Made by a program: the position numbers and the translations under genes. This document shows positions 1-9,204 of a stretch of DNA of 37,147 nucleotides, one piece after another. This DNA comes from an uncultured Rickettsiales bacterium (lineage in GTDB: Bacteria > Pseudomonadota > Alphaproteobacteria > Rickettsiales > Deianiraeaceae). The stretch spans positions 1 through 37,147 of the forward strand of contig CALCWF010000191.1 in NCBI GenBank assembly GCA_937906355.1. Direction: 5' to 3'. A model generated the notes under the pieces. The model had not been told where the DNA came from, did not search any database, and saw nothing but the letters and a program-made list of their open reading frames with translations. Each line of letters begins with the position of its first letter. Position 1 is the first letter of the stretch.

Positions 1-1262
1 TGCATTGTGCTGATAGTTTGAATGTAGCGAAAGAGGGTTCACAATTTGGTGTTAATTTGAAAGTTGAAAAGATTGATATAGCAAAGATCGTTGAATATTC
101 GAGAAACGTTGTCAAGAAGCTGACCGGCGGGGTTGAAATGCTCTTTAAAAAAAACAAGGTTCAACTTGTCAAAGGCTATGGTGTTTTTAAAAAAAAGAAT
201 ACACTCGAAGTAAAGACTAGTGACGGCAAGATTGAGACAATACAAGCTAAGTATTTTGTTATTGCAACAGGTGCTTCTCCAAGGATTTTAGATGGTTATG
301 ATGTCGATGAGGATTTAATAAGCACGTATCGTGGTGCAATGACGCCAAAAGTTTTACCGAAGGAGGTCGTGATTATTGGTGGTGGTGTTATAGGTATAGA
401 ATTTGCATCGTTCTATAATGCAATTGGCTCTAAGGTTCATGTTTTACAGTCTGGTGTTGATATTTTAATGACGGAAGATGCTGAAATTCGTAAGAAGGCA
501 CGAACGACCTTTACGAAGAATGGAATAGACATTCATACGAGCGTGAAGGTCTTATCTAATAAGAAGATGGGTAGCAGACAGATCGAGCTCTTGTATGAAG
601 AAAATAATAAAAAAGAAAAGCTGATATGTGATAAGTTAATTTTATCAGTTGGAGTTATACCAAATACAACGAACTTTGGTCTTGAAAAAACCGGTGTTTT
701 ACTTGATAAAGGTTGTATTAAAACTGACGATAAGTGCAAGACGAACGTAAGTAATATTTATGCGATCGGAGATGTGACTTATGGACCTTGGCTGGCTCAT
801 AAAGCTTCACGCGAGGGGATCATTGTTGCTGATTCGATAGCGATTGTGGAGAAAAAGATTGAGTGTAGTGCGATTCCGGTTCCGATGAATAAGAATAATA
901 TTCCTGGATGTATTTATTCGTTTCCACAAATTGCGAGTATAGGGCTCACAGAGGAGAAAGCGAAGGAGAAGGGGATAAAGTATAAGGTTGGAACGTTTTC
1001 TGGCGTTGGTAATGGCAAGTCCATTGCTTCAAATGAGCTGGATAATTTTGTTAAGGTTTTGTTTGACGAGAAAACGCATGAGTTGATAGGGGCTCATATG
1101 TTTGGCTCGAATATGGCTGAGATGATTCACTCTTTGTGCGTTGGTAAATGTGCCGAGTTGTTGCCGGAAGATTTAGATGCTACTATTTTTGCACACCCGA
1201 CCGTAAGCGAGATGATACCAGAGGCGATATTAGATGCTTTTGGTAAGGCGATACATAAGTAA
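1..1262 (+). CDS. lpdA: Dihydrolipoyl dehydrogenase (E3 component), 5'-truncated by the window edge
   Basis: Frame 3 is open from nt 3 (HCADS precedes the TTG where the ORF track starts), so the N-terminal FAD/redox-disulfide part is off-window. It has the NAD-binding GGGVIGIEFA, AIGDV, and the C-terminal interface motif FAHPTVSE typical of LpdA. Confidence 0.85.
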   Translation, partial: HCADSLNVAKEGSQFGVNLKVEKIDIAKIVEYSRNVVKKLTGGVEMLFKKNKVQLVKGYGVFKKKNTLEVKTSDGKIETIQAKYFVIATGASPRILDGYDVDEDLISTYRGAMTPKVLPKEVVIIGGGVIGIEFASFYNAIGSKVHVLQSGVDILMTEDAEIRKKARTTFTKNGIDIHTSVKVLSNKKMGSRQIELLYEENNKKEKLICDKLILSVGVIPNTTNFGLEKTGVLLDKGCIKTDDKCKTNVSNIYAIGDVTYGPWLAHKASREGIIVADSIAIVEKKIECSAIPVPMNKNNIPGCIYSFPQIASIGLTEEKAKEKGIKYKVGTFSGVGNGKSIASNELDNFVKVLFDEKTHELIGAHMFGSNMAEMIHSLCVGKCAELLPEDLDATIFAHPTVSEMIPEAILDAFGKAIHK

Positions 1263-1305
1263 AATATATACGTGCTGGCTATAGTCATTATTATATAATT
1301 GATTA

Positions 1306-1623
1306 TTATACGGTTTTTCCATATTTATTTTGTAGAATTTTTGTTCTTTTAGTATTGTTCTTATTATTCTTATTCTTTTTTGCTACGTTTGTTGCATCTA
1401 GCTTATTCGATGTTTTTTTGTGCGATCTATCTGATTTTACATTTGTCTCGATTGTTATAGAGTTGTAGGTAGCAATACTGCATAGCGATGCTATTAGTAT
1501 AAATATAAAGCATTTGTTAGGAAAGTTTTTGCTCGTCAAAAATTCAACGAATAGTTGAATTCGTTTATTTACGTAATTGTCAAGCAATATATGATATATA
1601 TATATATAGTTTATATCTATCAT
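1306..1623 (-). CDS. Hypothetical small protein (one hydrophobic helix, basic K/N-rich tail)
   Basis: ORF track only. It has a single hydrophobic stretch CFIFILIASLCSIATY. Its N-terminus is encoded by an (AT)n run at 1594-1608, so the annotated start is doubtful. No family recognised. Confidence 0.2.
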   Translation of the reverse strand: MIDINYIYIYHILLDNYVNKRIQLFVEFLTSKNFPNKCFIFILIASLCSIATYNSITIETNVKSDRSHKKTSNKLDATNVAKKNKNNKNNTKRTKILQNKYGKTV

Positions 1624-1771
1624 GTATACAAATATATGTCTTTAACATTTGACGGAGATATATAGAATTGCTGAAAAGAAGTTGCTGAAATGACAATACC
1701 ATTATACCCTTATGATTATGAGTGTGGGTGGGGTGATTATTGCTACCAATTACTACCATTATATGATAGTA

Positions 1772-4750
1772 TTATAACATAATATCAAATGTATCGCCAC
1801 AACAGATTTCTTCGATACTTAACATTGATTTTACATCTTCGAACAGATCTTTCATCTCCTTATCTTTTTCAAGTAAGTCATCTAAGCTGTTTGATTTTTT
1901 ATCAGCTTTTACTTTACTTTTTTGCAAGCATTTGCCATTCTTGTTAATGCTGACATTGCTATTATAGCAGTCATCTAGCAACTTATTTGGAATAATGAGT
2001 TTTTTGATTGGGGCTTTAATTGAAATCTTCATTTCTGCTTTTTTTTGACGAATGAAATTTATTATTTCTAGTGCGATTTTTTGCGTTTTTTGTGTTGCTT
2101 TTACGAGAGAATCATTGCAAGAATCATATTCTTGTTGAATGCAACAGATGAATTTGTTGAGCATGCCACGTTCGTGGACTTCGTTGCCGAAAATTTCACG
2201 ATATATCGTGCTAGTTACGTGCGGTATGAACGGTGCGAACAGTAACAGAAAGGCTTCTGTCATTATTCTCAGAGTGATAAGTGCCGATTCGTCTTCGTTA
2301 TAGGCTCTTGCTTTGCAAATTTCTAGATAATTATCGCAAAATTCATCCCAGAAGAAACGTTCAACGACGTATTTTGCTTGTGAATATTCGAACTCATTGA
2401 ATGATTTTTTGTACTCTTCTATTACCGATTGCAGACGGGAAATTATCCATTTATCTGTTGTTTTATTTATTAAATCTTTGAAGTGTAGTTCCTGTTTATT
2501 GTTCTTTTTACCCCCTTCTTTTTTATCTAATACCATTGCGAACGTCGTGCCATTTTCGTTGGTTTCTTTGATTATGAAATTTTGCAGTTCTTTTTTTTCG
2601 AAGTGCGATACGGCAAATTTTGTTGAATTGATTAATTTATTGATTAGCTTTTTTCCGTCTAAAAATTTTGTCTCATTAAATGCCGTATCAACGCCTAAAC
2701 TGCAACTTGCCGACCAATAGCGAACAATATCACTGCCCTTCTCCTCTATTAAAGAGGTTGGAGTAATTACATTTCCAGCACTCTTTGACATTTTATTTCC
2801 ATCTTTTGCCAGACACCAACCAGAAAGCATTACATCTTTCCAAGGCAAAAAGTTGTTTTTACAAAATTCAACGCCAAGCTCTTCAAACCAACTTGTTGCT
2901 GTTTTGCCTTTTTTCAGCCATTTTGCCCTTTCATTTAATAATTTATTATCATTTTCGCACAATTTCATTAAATATGTTTTTAATAATGTTGTAAAAGTCC
3001 AAGTTCTGATTATTTCGTGTGCTTGTGGTCTTAAAGACGTTGGAACTAACCTGCCGTCTTCCCTTATTTTTGTTGATATAAAAGGACTTGATGAACTTGT
3101 AAACCATGTGTCAAAAACTTGGTTTAATGTATTTAACTCTATAAATTCATCAATTTCGTTTTTAATATCATTATAATTTTCTTTTTCAGCATATTTTTCT
3201 TCTATTTTTTCATATTTTTCTTTCCATTCTTTATTATATTCTTTATATTGTGTTGTATAATCATCTAATATTCCATTTGTATAACAACCTTCAAGATAAT
3301 GAAATGGATGTTCTATGTCTTCTATTTGTAAATTACAATACTCTTCAATAAAATTTTCACAATCTTCATATTCTTCTATTAAATCTTCTTTTAATTCTTC
3401 AAAACCATTATAATCAAAAGGTATCTCAATCCCAAAAAACCTATCTCTTGAAATACACCAATCTTGATTTAATCCCCCAATCCATTGAATTAAACGATTT
3501 TTGAAATGTGCCGGATGAAACTCTAACAGGTTTGCTAAGTACAACGAATCCTCTCTAAATTGAATATCTTTTACATACCATTGTATGCTTTCAATAATCT
3601 CAACTGGCTCTTTTGATCTTTCACCAACTTTTACAATGTGTTTTATTGGTTTTATTTCTTTTATCAATTTTACATTGTTTTCTTGTTCTTGTTTTTGTAT
3701 ATAATCTAAAATATATTTTCTTGCCTCTTTTGCTTTTGGATATTGTCCTTTTTCATTCTGTTGATAAAAATCTTTTTCAAATAATGTTTGTTCTTTGCGA
3801 AATCTACCTTCTTTATTTACAATAATTTTGCTTTTCAAATTATATTTTTTCACCCACTCAACGTCCTGCCAATCACCATAGGTGCAACACATTACAAGAC
3901 CTGTTCCTTTATCAATTCGCACTGCTTCGTCTGGCAGACAAGGTACTTTTTCTGTAATATTTGAAAATTGAATATATTTTCCTTTTAAATGTGCAAATCT
4001 TGGATCTTCTGGATTATAAAATACTGCAACACAAGCAGGTAAAAGCTCCGGTCTTGTTGTCATTATTTCAACTTGTTCTATTGATTTTTCACTATCTTTT
4101 GCATCAAAAACATTCCAAATTAAATAATGTTCCGCACCATCAACTTCTTTATCTTCGATTATAGACTGTGCCAATGCAGTTTGATCGACGACATCCCAGT
4201 AAACCGGTCCCGTTCTTTGTTCTGCAAGTCCTGCTTTTTTGAATGTTTCAAATGTTTTCCAAATATATTCTTTTGTTGTTGGCGCGATAGTTTGATATTT
4301 TTGTCTCCAATCGTATGAGATACCTAATGTTTTGAATAATTTTTCAAATTCTCTTTCTGCGTTATCGACGACGTCGTAGCACATTTTTATGAACTCATCT
4401 TTTTTGCCTTGTTTATTCATCCAAGAGCCTTTTACGTTGTTTGTTTTTTCGACAAGACGTTCCGTTGGAAGACCATTGTCGTCGAATCCTATTGGATAAA
4501 ATACGTTTTTACCTATCATTCGTTGATAGCGTGCAACGAAGTCGGTTTGACAGTATGAAAATACGTGTCCCATGTGTAAAAAACCAGATACAGTTGGCGG
4601 TGGCGTATCTATTATGAAATCTAGTTTTTTTGGTAAGGTTTCGTCCCATTCGTATATACCTTTTTTATTATCTTCTTTATTTTTTTTGAACCACAATTCT
4701 TGTTCTTTTGGTTCATTTTCTTGTGGGTTATACTTGATATCTATTGACAT
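1772..4750 (-). CDS. valS: Valyl-tRNA synthetase, archaeal/eukaryal-like type as in Rickettsiales
   Basis: 992 aa with an ATG start at 4748-4750. Class I signatures are present: LHMGH (HIGH) and KMSKS. TPPPTVSGFLHMGHVFSY..DFVARYQRM and WCISRDR are typical of ValRS. Confidence 0.95.
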   Translation of the reverse strand: MSIDIKYNPQENEPKEQELWFKKNKEDNKKGIYEWDETLPKKLDFIIDTPPPTVSGFLHMGHVFSYCQTDFVARYQRMIGKNVFYPIGFDDNGLPTERLVEKTNNVKGSWMNKQGKKDEFIKMCYDVVDNAEREFEKLFKTLGISYDWRQKYQTIAPTTKEYIWKTFETFKKAGLAEQRTGPVYWDVVDQTALAQSIIEDKEVDGAEHYLIWNVFDAKDSEKSIEQVEIMTTRPELLPACVAVFYNPEDPRFAHLKGKYIQFSNITEKVPCLPDEAVRIDKGTGLVMCCTYGDWQDVEWVKKYNLKSKIIVNKEGRFRKEQTLFEKDFYQQNEKGQYPKAKEARKYILDYIQKQEQENNVKLIKEIKPIKHIVKVGERSKEPVEIIESIQWYVKDIQFREDSLYLANLLEFHPAHFKNRLIQWIGGLNQDWCISRDRFFGIEIPFDYNGFEELKEDLIEEYEDCENFIEEYCNLQIEDIEHPFHYLEGCYTNGILDDYTTQYKEYNKEWKEKYEKIEEKYAEKENYNDIKNEIDEFIELNTLNQVFDTWFTSSSSPFISTKIREDGRLVPTSLRPQAHEIIRTWTFTTLLKTYLMKLCENDNKLLNERAKWLKKGKTATSWFEELGVEFCKNNFLPWKDVMLSGWCLAKDGNKMSKSAGNVITPTSLIEEKGSDIVRYWSASCSLGVDTAFNETKFLDGKKLINKLINSTKFAVSHFEKKELQNFIIKETNENGTTFAMVLDKKEGGKKNNKQELHFKDLINKTTDKWIISRLQSVIEEYKKSFNEFEYSQAKYVVERFFWDEFCDNYLEICKARAYNEDESALITLRIMTEAFLLLFAPFIPHVTSTIYREIFGNEVHERGMLNKFICCIQQEYDSCNDSLVKATQKTQKIALEIINFIRQKKAEMKISIKAPIKKLIIPNKLLDDCYNSNVSINKNGKCLQKSKVKADKKSNSLDDLLEKDKEMKDLFEDVKSMLSIEEICCGDTFDIML

Positions 4751-5009
4751 GTTTTACTATTTCTTTTTTGGAGATATTGATTTTATTTTCAACGACTTTT
4801 AGTGTAAATTAACGTAATATATAAAAACGACGTTGAGTGCTTTTGCTTTACTTGCTTATTTCTCGAAGAGATCGTTGTTTTATTATTATAATAATATGTA
4901 TTCGATTGTGTTTTGTTATCAACATTGATATTACTTTGAATACTTGATTCAAGTCCTGTTTGAGATTTGATACTATTTTTGCTAAGTTTTCTTACTTTTA
5001 GTATTTTGA

Positions 5010-6473
5010 CTATATTTTTCTAATTTTTGGTTCAAATTGAGTTGTTTTTTTGCCGAAATTATACCAGTTTATAAACTGTGAAATGCTATCGACTTGATCG
5101 TCGTGTTTGCATGCCGGGAAGGATAGTAGCTCTACTTCTAGTTCTTGCGTCCAAGGTTGTTCTTTTGCTATGAATAGACTACCAGCTTCGAGAATAGTTA
5201 ATATATCGTTTACTCTACATTCTTTTGACTTGGTGGGTTTGATAGCTATTATATTGTTATTGTCGACTTGCAGATCTTGTATCATTGAAGAGCCGTTTGA
5301 TTTATCTTCTATTAGGACTGCAATTGGTTTGTATTTCTCGATTAGTTCGAGGATTTTATTTTTTAATTCTGGATATGGGATTTTTAGTCTATACATATTG
5401 TATAGGTAGAATTTATTGTCTTTTATTGTAAAAATAGATATTGCCGTGAAGTCGTTCTCTGTTCCGAGACCAGAGGCACAGTCTATGCTGATGTAGTAGT
5501 TGAATGCGATTTTATTGTTAAATAGATTTTTTAGTTCTGTGATATCGAAGTATTTTAGCCAGCTTTTTTTAATCATATTACCTTCTAATGCGACTGGCGA
5601 TTGTTGATATTGAGCTTCAAAGTTATATTCTCCTAGGTCCTTACGAATAGTATTTAGAATTTTTTCTCCTTCCATTGACGGATGTAAAATGTCCCCGGGT
5701 TTACGTATTTTGTATAGTTTATCAAATAAATAGTATTTTTGCTCTTGTTCTGTGATTGACGGTAGGCAGACGCAAAACCAATCGTTATTTTTGTCATTAG
5801 ATAGAATATATCCGCTCAGATCCTCCATATGAAGTCGTTGCATTACGACGATTATTGAGCCATTATTTTTGTTATTCAATCTCGACGAGAACACTCCGGT
5901 GAACCAATTGATCGTTTTTTTACGATTTGCTTTGTTGTAGATTCCGACCGGATTGTGCGGATCGTCGATGATTAGAATATCTCCACCTTCTCCTGTTAGT
6001 GTTCCATTTACAGACGTAGCGAAACGAAAGCCATTTGCTGTTGTGCAAAATTTGTTTTTTTCATTCATTCCGTTTGATATTATTGTATTTGGAAAGGCTT
6101 TTTTATACCATTTTGATTGCATGATTTGTCTTGTATCTGTCGAGTGTTTTGTTGCTAATATTTTTGAATAGCTTGCGACTATTATACGTTTTGTCGGATC
6201 TTTACCGAGGATCCAAGCGGGAAACGAAACGCTACAAACGATTGATTTTAGGTATCTTGGTGGAATATTTATTAATAAACGCTTTATTTTTCCATTTTCG
6301 ACTTCTTCGAGAATATCACACAGATAGTCAAGATGCCAATTCCATTGTAGTTTTATAGACGGATTCAGTGTAGAGAAAGCTCTGCGTAGGAAATATTTCA
6401 TTTTTATCTTCGTGAGGGTTGAAAGTTTTTGCTTTGTTGTTTTTTTTATATTTTGATGTTCTTCTTTTTGCAT
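5010..6473 (-). CDS. Phage terminase large subunit-like protein (ATPase plus nuclease domains)
   Basis: 487 aa. It has a Walker-A-like IPPRYLKS, a Walker B ILIIDDPHNP, VVMQRLHMEDL, and the C-terminal nuclease motif HDDQVDSISQ. This layout matches terminase large subunits. No other phage genes are adjacent. Confidence 0.75.
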   Translation of the reverse strand: MQKEEHQNIKKTTKQKLSTLTKIKMKYFLRRAFSTLNPSIKLQWNWHLDYLCDILEEVENGKIKRLLINIPPRYLKSIVCSVSFPAWILGKDPTKRIIVASYSKILATKHSTDTRQIMQSKWYKKAFPNTIISNGMNEKNKFCTTANGFRFATSVNGTLTGEGGDILIIDDPHNPVGIYNKANRKKTINWFTGVFSSRLNNKNNGSIIVVMQRLHMEDLSGYILSNDKNNDWFCVCLPSITEQEQKYYLFDKLYKIRKPGDILHPSMEGEKILNTIRKDLGEYNFEAQYQQSPVALEGNMIKKSWLKYFDITELKNLFNNKIAFNYYISIDCASGLGTENDFTAISIFTIKDNKFYLYNMYRLKIPYPELKNKILELIEKYKPIAVLIEDKSNGSSMIQDLQVDNNNIIAIKPTKSKECRVNDILTILEAGSLFIAKEQPWTQELEVELLSFPACKHDDQVDSISQFINWYNFGKKTTQFEPKIRKI

Positions 6474-6741
6474 ATTGCATTTTTTTATTACGTCATATAG
6501 TGAGCGATGTTAAAACTTTATGGAAGGCAAAAGAGAACTTCTTTATGAAAACTTCTTTATTATCTTTTATTCGAAGCGGATGACATCCGGTCGACGTTTA
6601 TCGCTCGTTGCATTCTTATGAATAATCTCGTGAATAATTTACTTAAGGATTAAGACGATGTTATAGTTAATATGAAACGACGAAACGACATAATAGCAGT
6701 TAGTCGTGATTATGATCATATAGTTGCGATTAATTTAGCAA

Positions 6742-7434
6742 TTAATTACAACGGAAAGGTTTTCCGGTTATAACTGTCACGATAGAGTCGTAACCAAATA
6801 TTGCGGCCATACCACATACAATAGCGAGCACCAATCCCCACGTTACTTTTCCAAAGAAGAACATTATACCAAGAACTATAAAGGCGACCCCTGATATTGC
6901 ACGACCGACACTACCTGTTATTATTTTTATTGCATTACATATTGCCTGACCGAAAGCGTTACTTTCACTTGTACCACCAAGTGATACACAAATACCGACG
7001 TGATCCGTTTCTTTTTCCATTTGCTCGTCTTTGTCATCGTCTGTAAATTGATCTTCGAACTTTTTCGAACTCCCTTTGCTTATTACGCATGTATTCTTTC
7101 CTAAGACTTGACAATCAGTGTCTTTCATGCAATACATTTCGCCAGCCGCGTTGCACATGTACATTGGCTCGTTTCTTGAAAGCGTGCTTTCTATTGCCTC
7201 ACAACTTGTATTTTTTAGTATTGAATATCTATCGCAAAGCGATTGATCTGCCACATTATTTGTGTCATCGTAGCAATTTATTGCAATTGCTTTTTTATGT
7301 TCCGTTCCTTTTGTGACAGGATACCCTTTTATATCATCGGCTGACGCTGTGATACTAAAAGAAGCGAAAAAAAACATTAATAGAGATAATAAAATTTCTT
7401 TTCTCACGAATAACATATTGTTTTTCATAACCAT
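6742..7434 (-). CDS. virB2: TrbC/VirB2-family T4SS pilin-like protein with an N-terminal Cys-rich extension
   Basis: Signal peptide LLSLLMFFFASFSITASA. The C-terminal ~70 aa (AICNAIKIITGSVGRAISGVAFIVLGIMFFFGKVTWGLVLAIVCGMAAIFGYDSIV) has the two-helix hydrophobic pilin core of VirB2/TrbC. The ORF track starts at a TTG (7443); the first ATG codons are at 7434 and 7428. Confidence 0.55.
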   Translation of the reverse strand: MVMKNNMLFVRKEILLSLLMFFFASFSITASADDIKGYPVTKGTEHKKAIAINCYDDTNNVADQSLCDRYSILKNTSCEAIESTLSRNEPMYMCNAAGEMYCMKDTDCQVLGKNTCVISKGSSKKFEDQFTDDDKDEQMEKETDHVGICVSLGGTSESNAFGQAICNAIKIITGSVGRAISGVAFIVLGIMFFFGKVTWGLVLAIVCGMAAIFGYDSIVTVITGKPFRCN

Positions 7435-7523
7435 TGATATCAAAATAAATTGAATATTATTTTCTTTTTAGAGAAGAACTTTAGAAAATATATTTTTCAA
7501 GCGTTTTTTGCATTTTGATTTAT

Positions 7524-7856
7524 ATGGGTGAGAAAGTGAGAATAACTTTTATTCAAAAAGACAAAGCAAAGGTTGAAGTTGATGCTGAGGTGGGACAGAC
7601 TTTGCTTGACGTTATAAAGGCAAATTCAATTGACGTTATTGGTGCTTGTGATGGTGCTTGTGCGTGTGGCACATGCCATGTCTATGTAGATCAAGAGACA
7701 TTGAAGAGGATTGGCGATATTTCTAGCGACAAAGTTTCTGACGATGAAAAAAATGTTCTCGATATTGTTTTTAACGTTCAGCCGAATTCACGTCTTGCGT
7801 GTCAGATGTTGATAACAAAAGACATGGATGGTGCCGTGATAACAGTTCCAGAGTGA
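7524..7856 (+). CDS. fdx: Adrenodoxin/putidaredoxin-type [2Fe-2S] ferredoxin
   Basis: Cluster ligand pattern GACDGACACGTCHVYV plus the distal LACQ. Size is ~110 aa. The first ATG is at 7524; the track start at 7515 is a TTG. Confidence 0.85.
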   Translation: MGEKVRITFIQKDKAKVEVDAEVGQTLLDVIKANSIDVIGACDGACACGTCHVYVDQETLKRIGDISSDKVSDDEKNVLDIVFNVQPNSRLACQMLITKDMDGAVITVPE

Positions 7857-7896
7857 TTTACGCGACATCTTTGCTATATAATTGAGTTATAGACAA

Positions 7897-8751
7897 ATGA
7901 AACATATAAAAGAGATAGTGCATGTAAACAATCTACATTGTGTCGACGAAATGTTGAGAATTATGCCATCTGTAATTTGTTTTGATTATTTACATCTACA
8001 AGATCAGTTAGATCTTCTAAAAAAAGGTGGTATTAAAACAATACATGCGGACGTTATGGACGGTGCATTTGTTAGACAGATTACGATTGGAGCAGATTTT
8101 ATAAATCAGATAAAGAATGATAACCCTGATATTGCAATAGATACGCATTTGATGATCGTTGATCCGCTAAGTAAGATTGAAATGTTTGCGAAGTGTTCGG
8201 ATGAGATTACTTTTCACTATGAAGCGACGGGTGCAAATAATATTGGCGATATTGATGAGTGTATCGAGATTTTAGATAAAATTCATTCTTGCGAGAGTAA
8301 TATTAAAGCCGGAATTGCTGTAAGTCCGGATACTCCGATTGATGTTTTGAAACCTCTATTTGAGAGGGAAAATAGTCGCAAAAAGAAGGAGAAAGATTGT
8401 ATGGCTTTGATTAATAAGATATTGATAATGTCGGTTAAACCCGGTTTGTCAGGTCAAGTGTTTATCGAAAAATCGATAGAAAAGATTGACAAATTAAGCG
8501 AGTTGCTACGTGAGTTTGATTTAGTTGATACGGTTGATATACAGATTGACGGAGGTATAAACGAACGGGTGCTAACAGAATTATTGGATAAAAATATAGC
8601 TTCATTTGTTGTTGGTAGTGCTTTGCATAAAAACATAGACGGGCGTGTTTGTGGCGACAGACGACGAATTTTAAAAAATAATTTAGAGAGATTTAGAAAA
8701 ATTCTTTGTGCCAAGAAAGAAAACAGGAAAGAAAAATTGATGGAAAAATAG
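7897..8751 (+). CDS. rpe: Ribulose-phosphate 3-epimerase (with internal insertion and C-terminal basic extension)
   Basis: Motifs PSVICFDY, HADVMDGAFV, IDTHLMIVDP, ITFHYEA, MSVKPGLSGQVFI, IQIDGGIN and VVGSAL follow the Rpe TIM-barrel order. The start is uncertain: candidate ATGs at 7897 or 7954, while the track uses a TTG at 7882. Confidence 0.75.
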   Translation: MKHIKEIVHVNNLHCVDEMLRIMPSVICFDYLHLQDQLDLLKKGGIKTIHADVMDGAFVRQITIGADFINQIKNDNPDIAIDTHLMIVDPLSKIEMFAKCSDEITFHYEATGANNIGDIDECIEILDKIHSCESNIKAGIAVSPDTPIDVLKPLFERENSRKKKEKDCMALINKILIMSVKPGLSGQVFIEKSIEKIDKLSELLREFDLVDTVDIQIDGGINERVLTELLDKNIASFVVGSALHKNIDGRVCGDRRRILKNNLERFRKILCAKKENRKEKLMEK

Positions 8752-8811
8752 ATTCAAGAAAAGGTAGAGAAAAGAGCGAAATTGTTCTAATTTTGGAAAA
8801 GAGACGATAGT

Positions 8812-9162
8812 TTATTTTCTTATATATAGACGCATTGCGTTGTATAGCCCGGCAATTGAACAGAATATAAGCAATAATGCGAAGATGGCGACATTTTTTA
8901 CGAAGAAATACGAGTAGATCTTATTTAAGATGAATGCTGTAATTATACCGCCGGCTAAGTCGGCAACTACGTTGTATACGATCATTAGATTTTTTTTTTC
9001 GATTGTTGTTTTTGTTATATTTGATTTTTTGTTTTTCTGTTTAAAAGTTTCAATTTGTTCCTGCAGACTTTTAATATTGTCGTTCTTGGTGTTGTTGTTC
9101 TTGGTGGGCTCGTTTGTTGTATCATTATTTTCAATAATACTACTATCAGCTTTCATTATCAT
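8812..9162 (-). CDS. Small membrane protein, AtpI/AtpZ-like (putative)
   Basis: The polar N-terminus is followed by two hydrophobic helices ending in GLYNAMRLYIRK, resembling the ATP synthase protein I / ATPase_gene1 family. The assignment rests on topology and weak motif similarity only. Confidence 0.35.
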   Translation of the reverse strand: MIMKADSSIIENNDTTNEPTKNNNTKNDNIKSLQEQIETFKQKNKKSNITKTTIEKKNLMIVYNVVADLAGGIITAFILNKIYSYFFVKNVAIFALLLIFCSIAGLYNAMRLYIRK

Positions 9163-9204
9163 GATAATAAACTTAAAGTATCTAAATACAAAGTTATTTA
9201 ATTG

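Noticed and set aside
1594-1608. An (AT)n microsatellite, ATATATATATATATA.
   Set aside because: It is a short simple repeat expected in AT-rich DNA. It was noted only because it undermines the proposed start of the 105-aa ORF.
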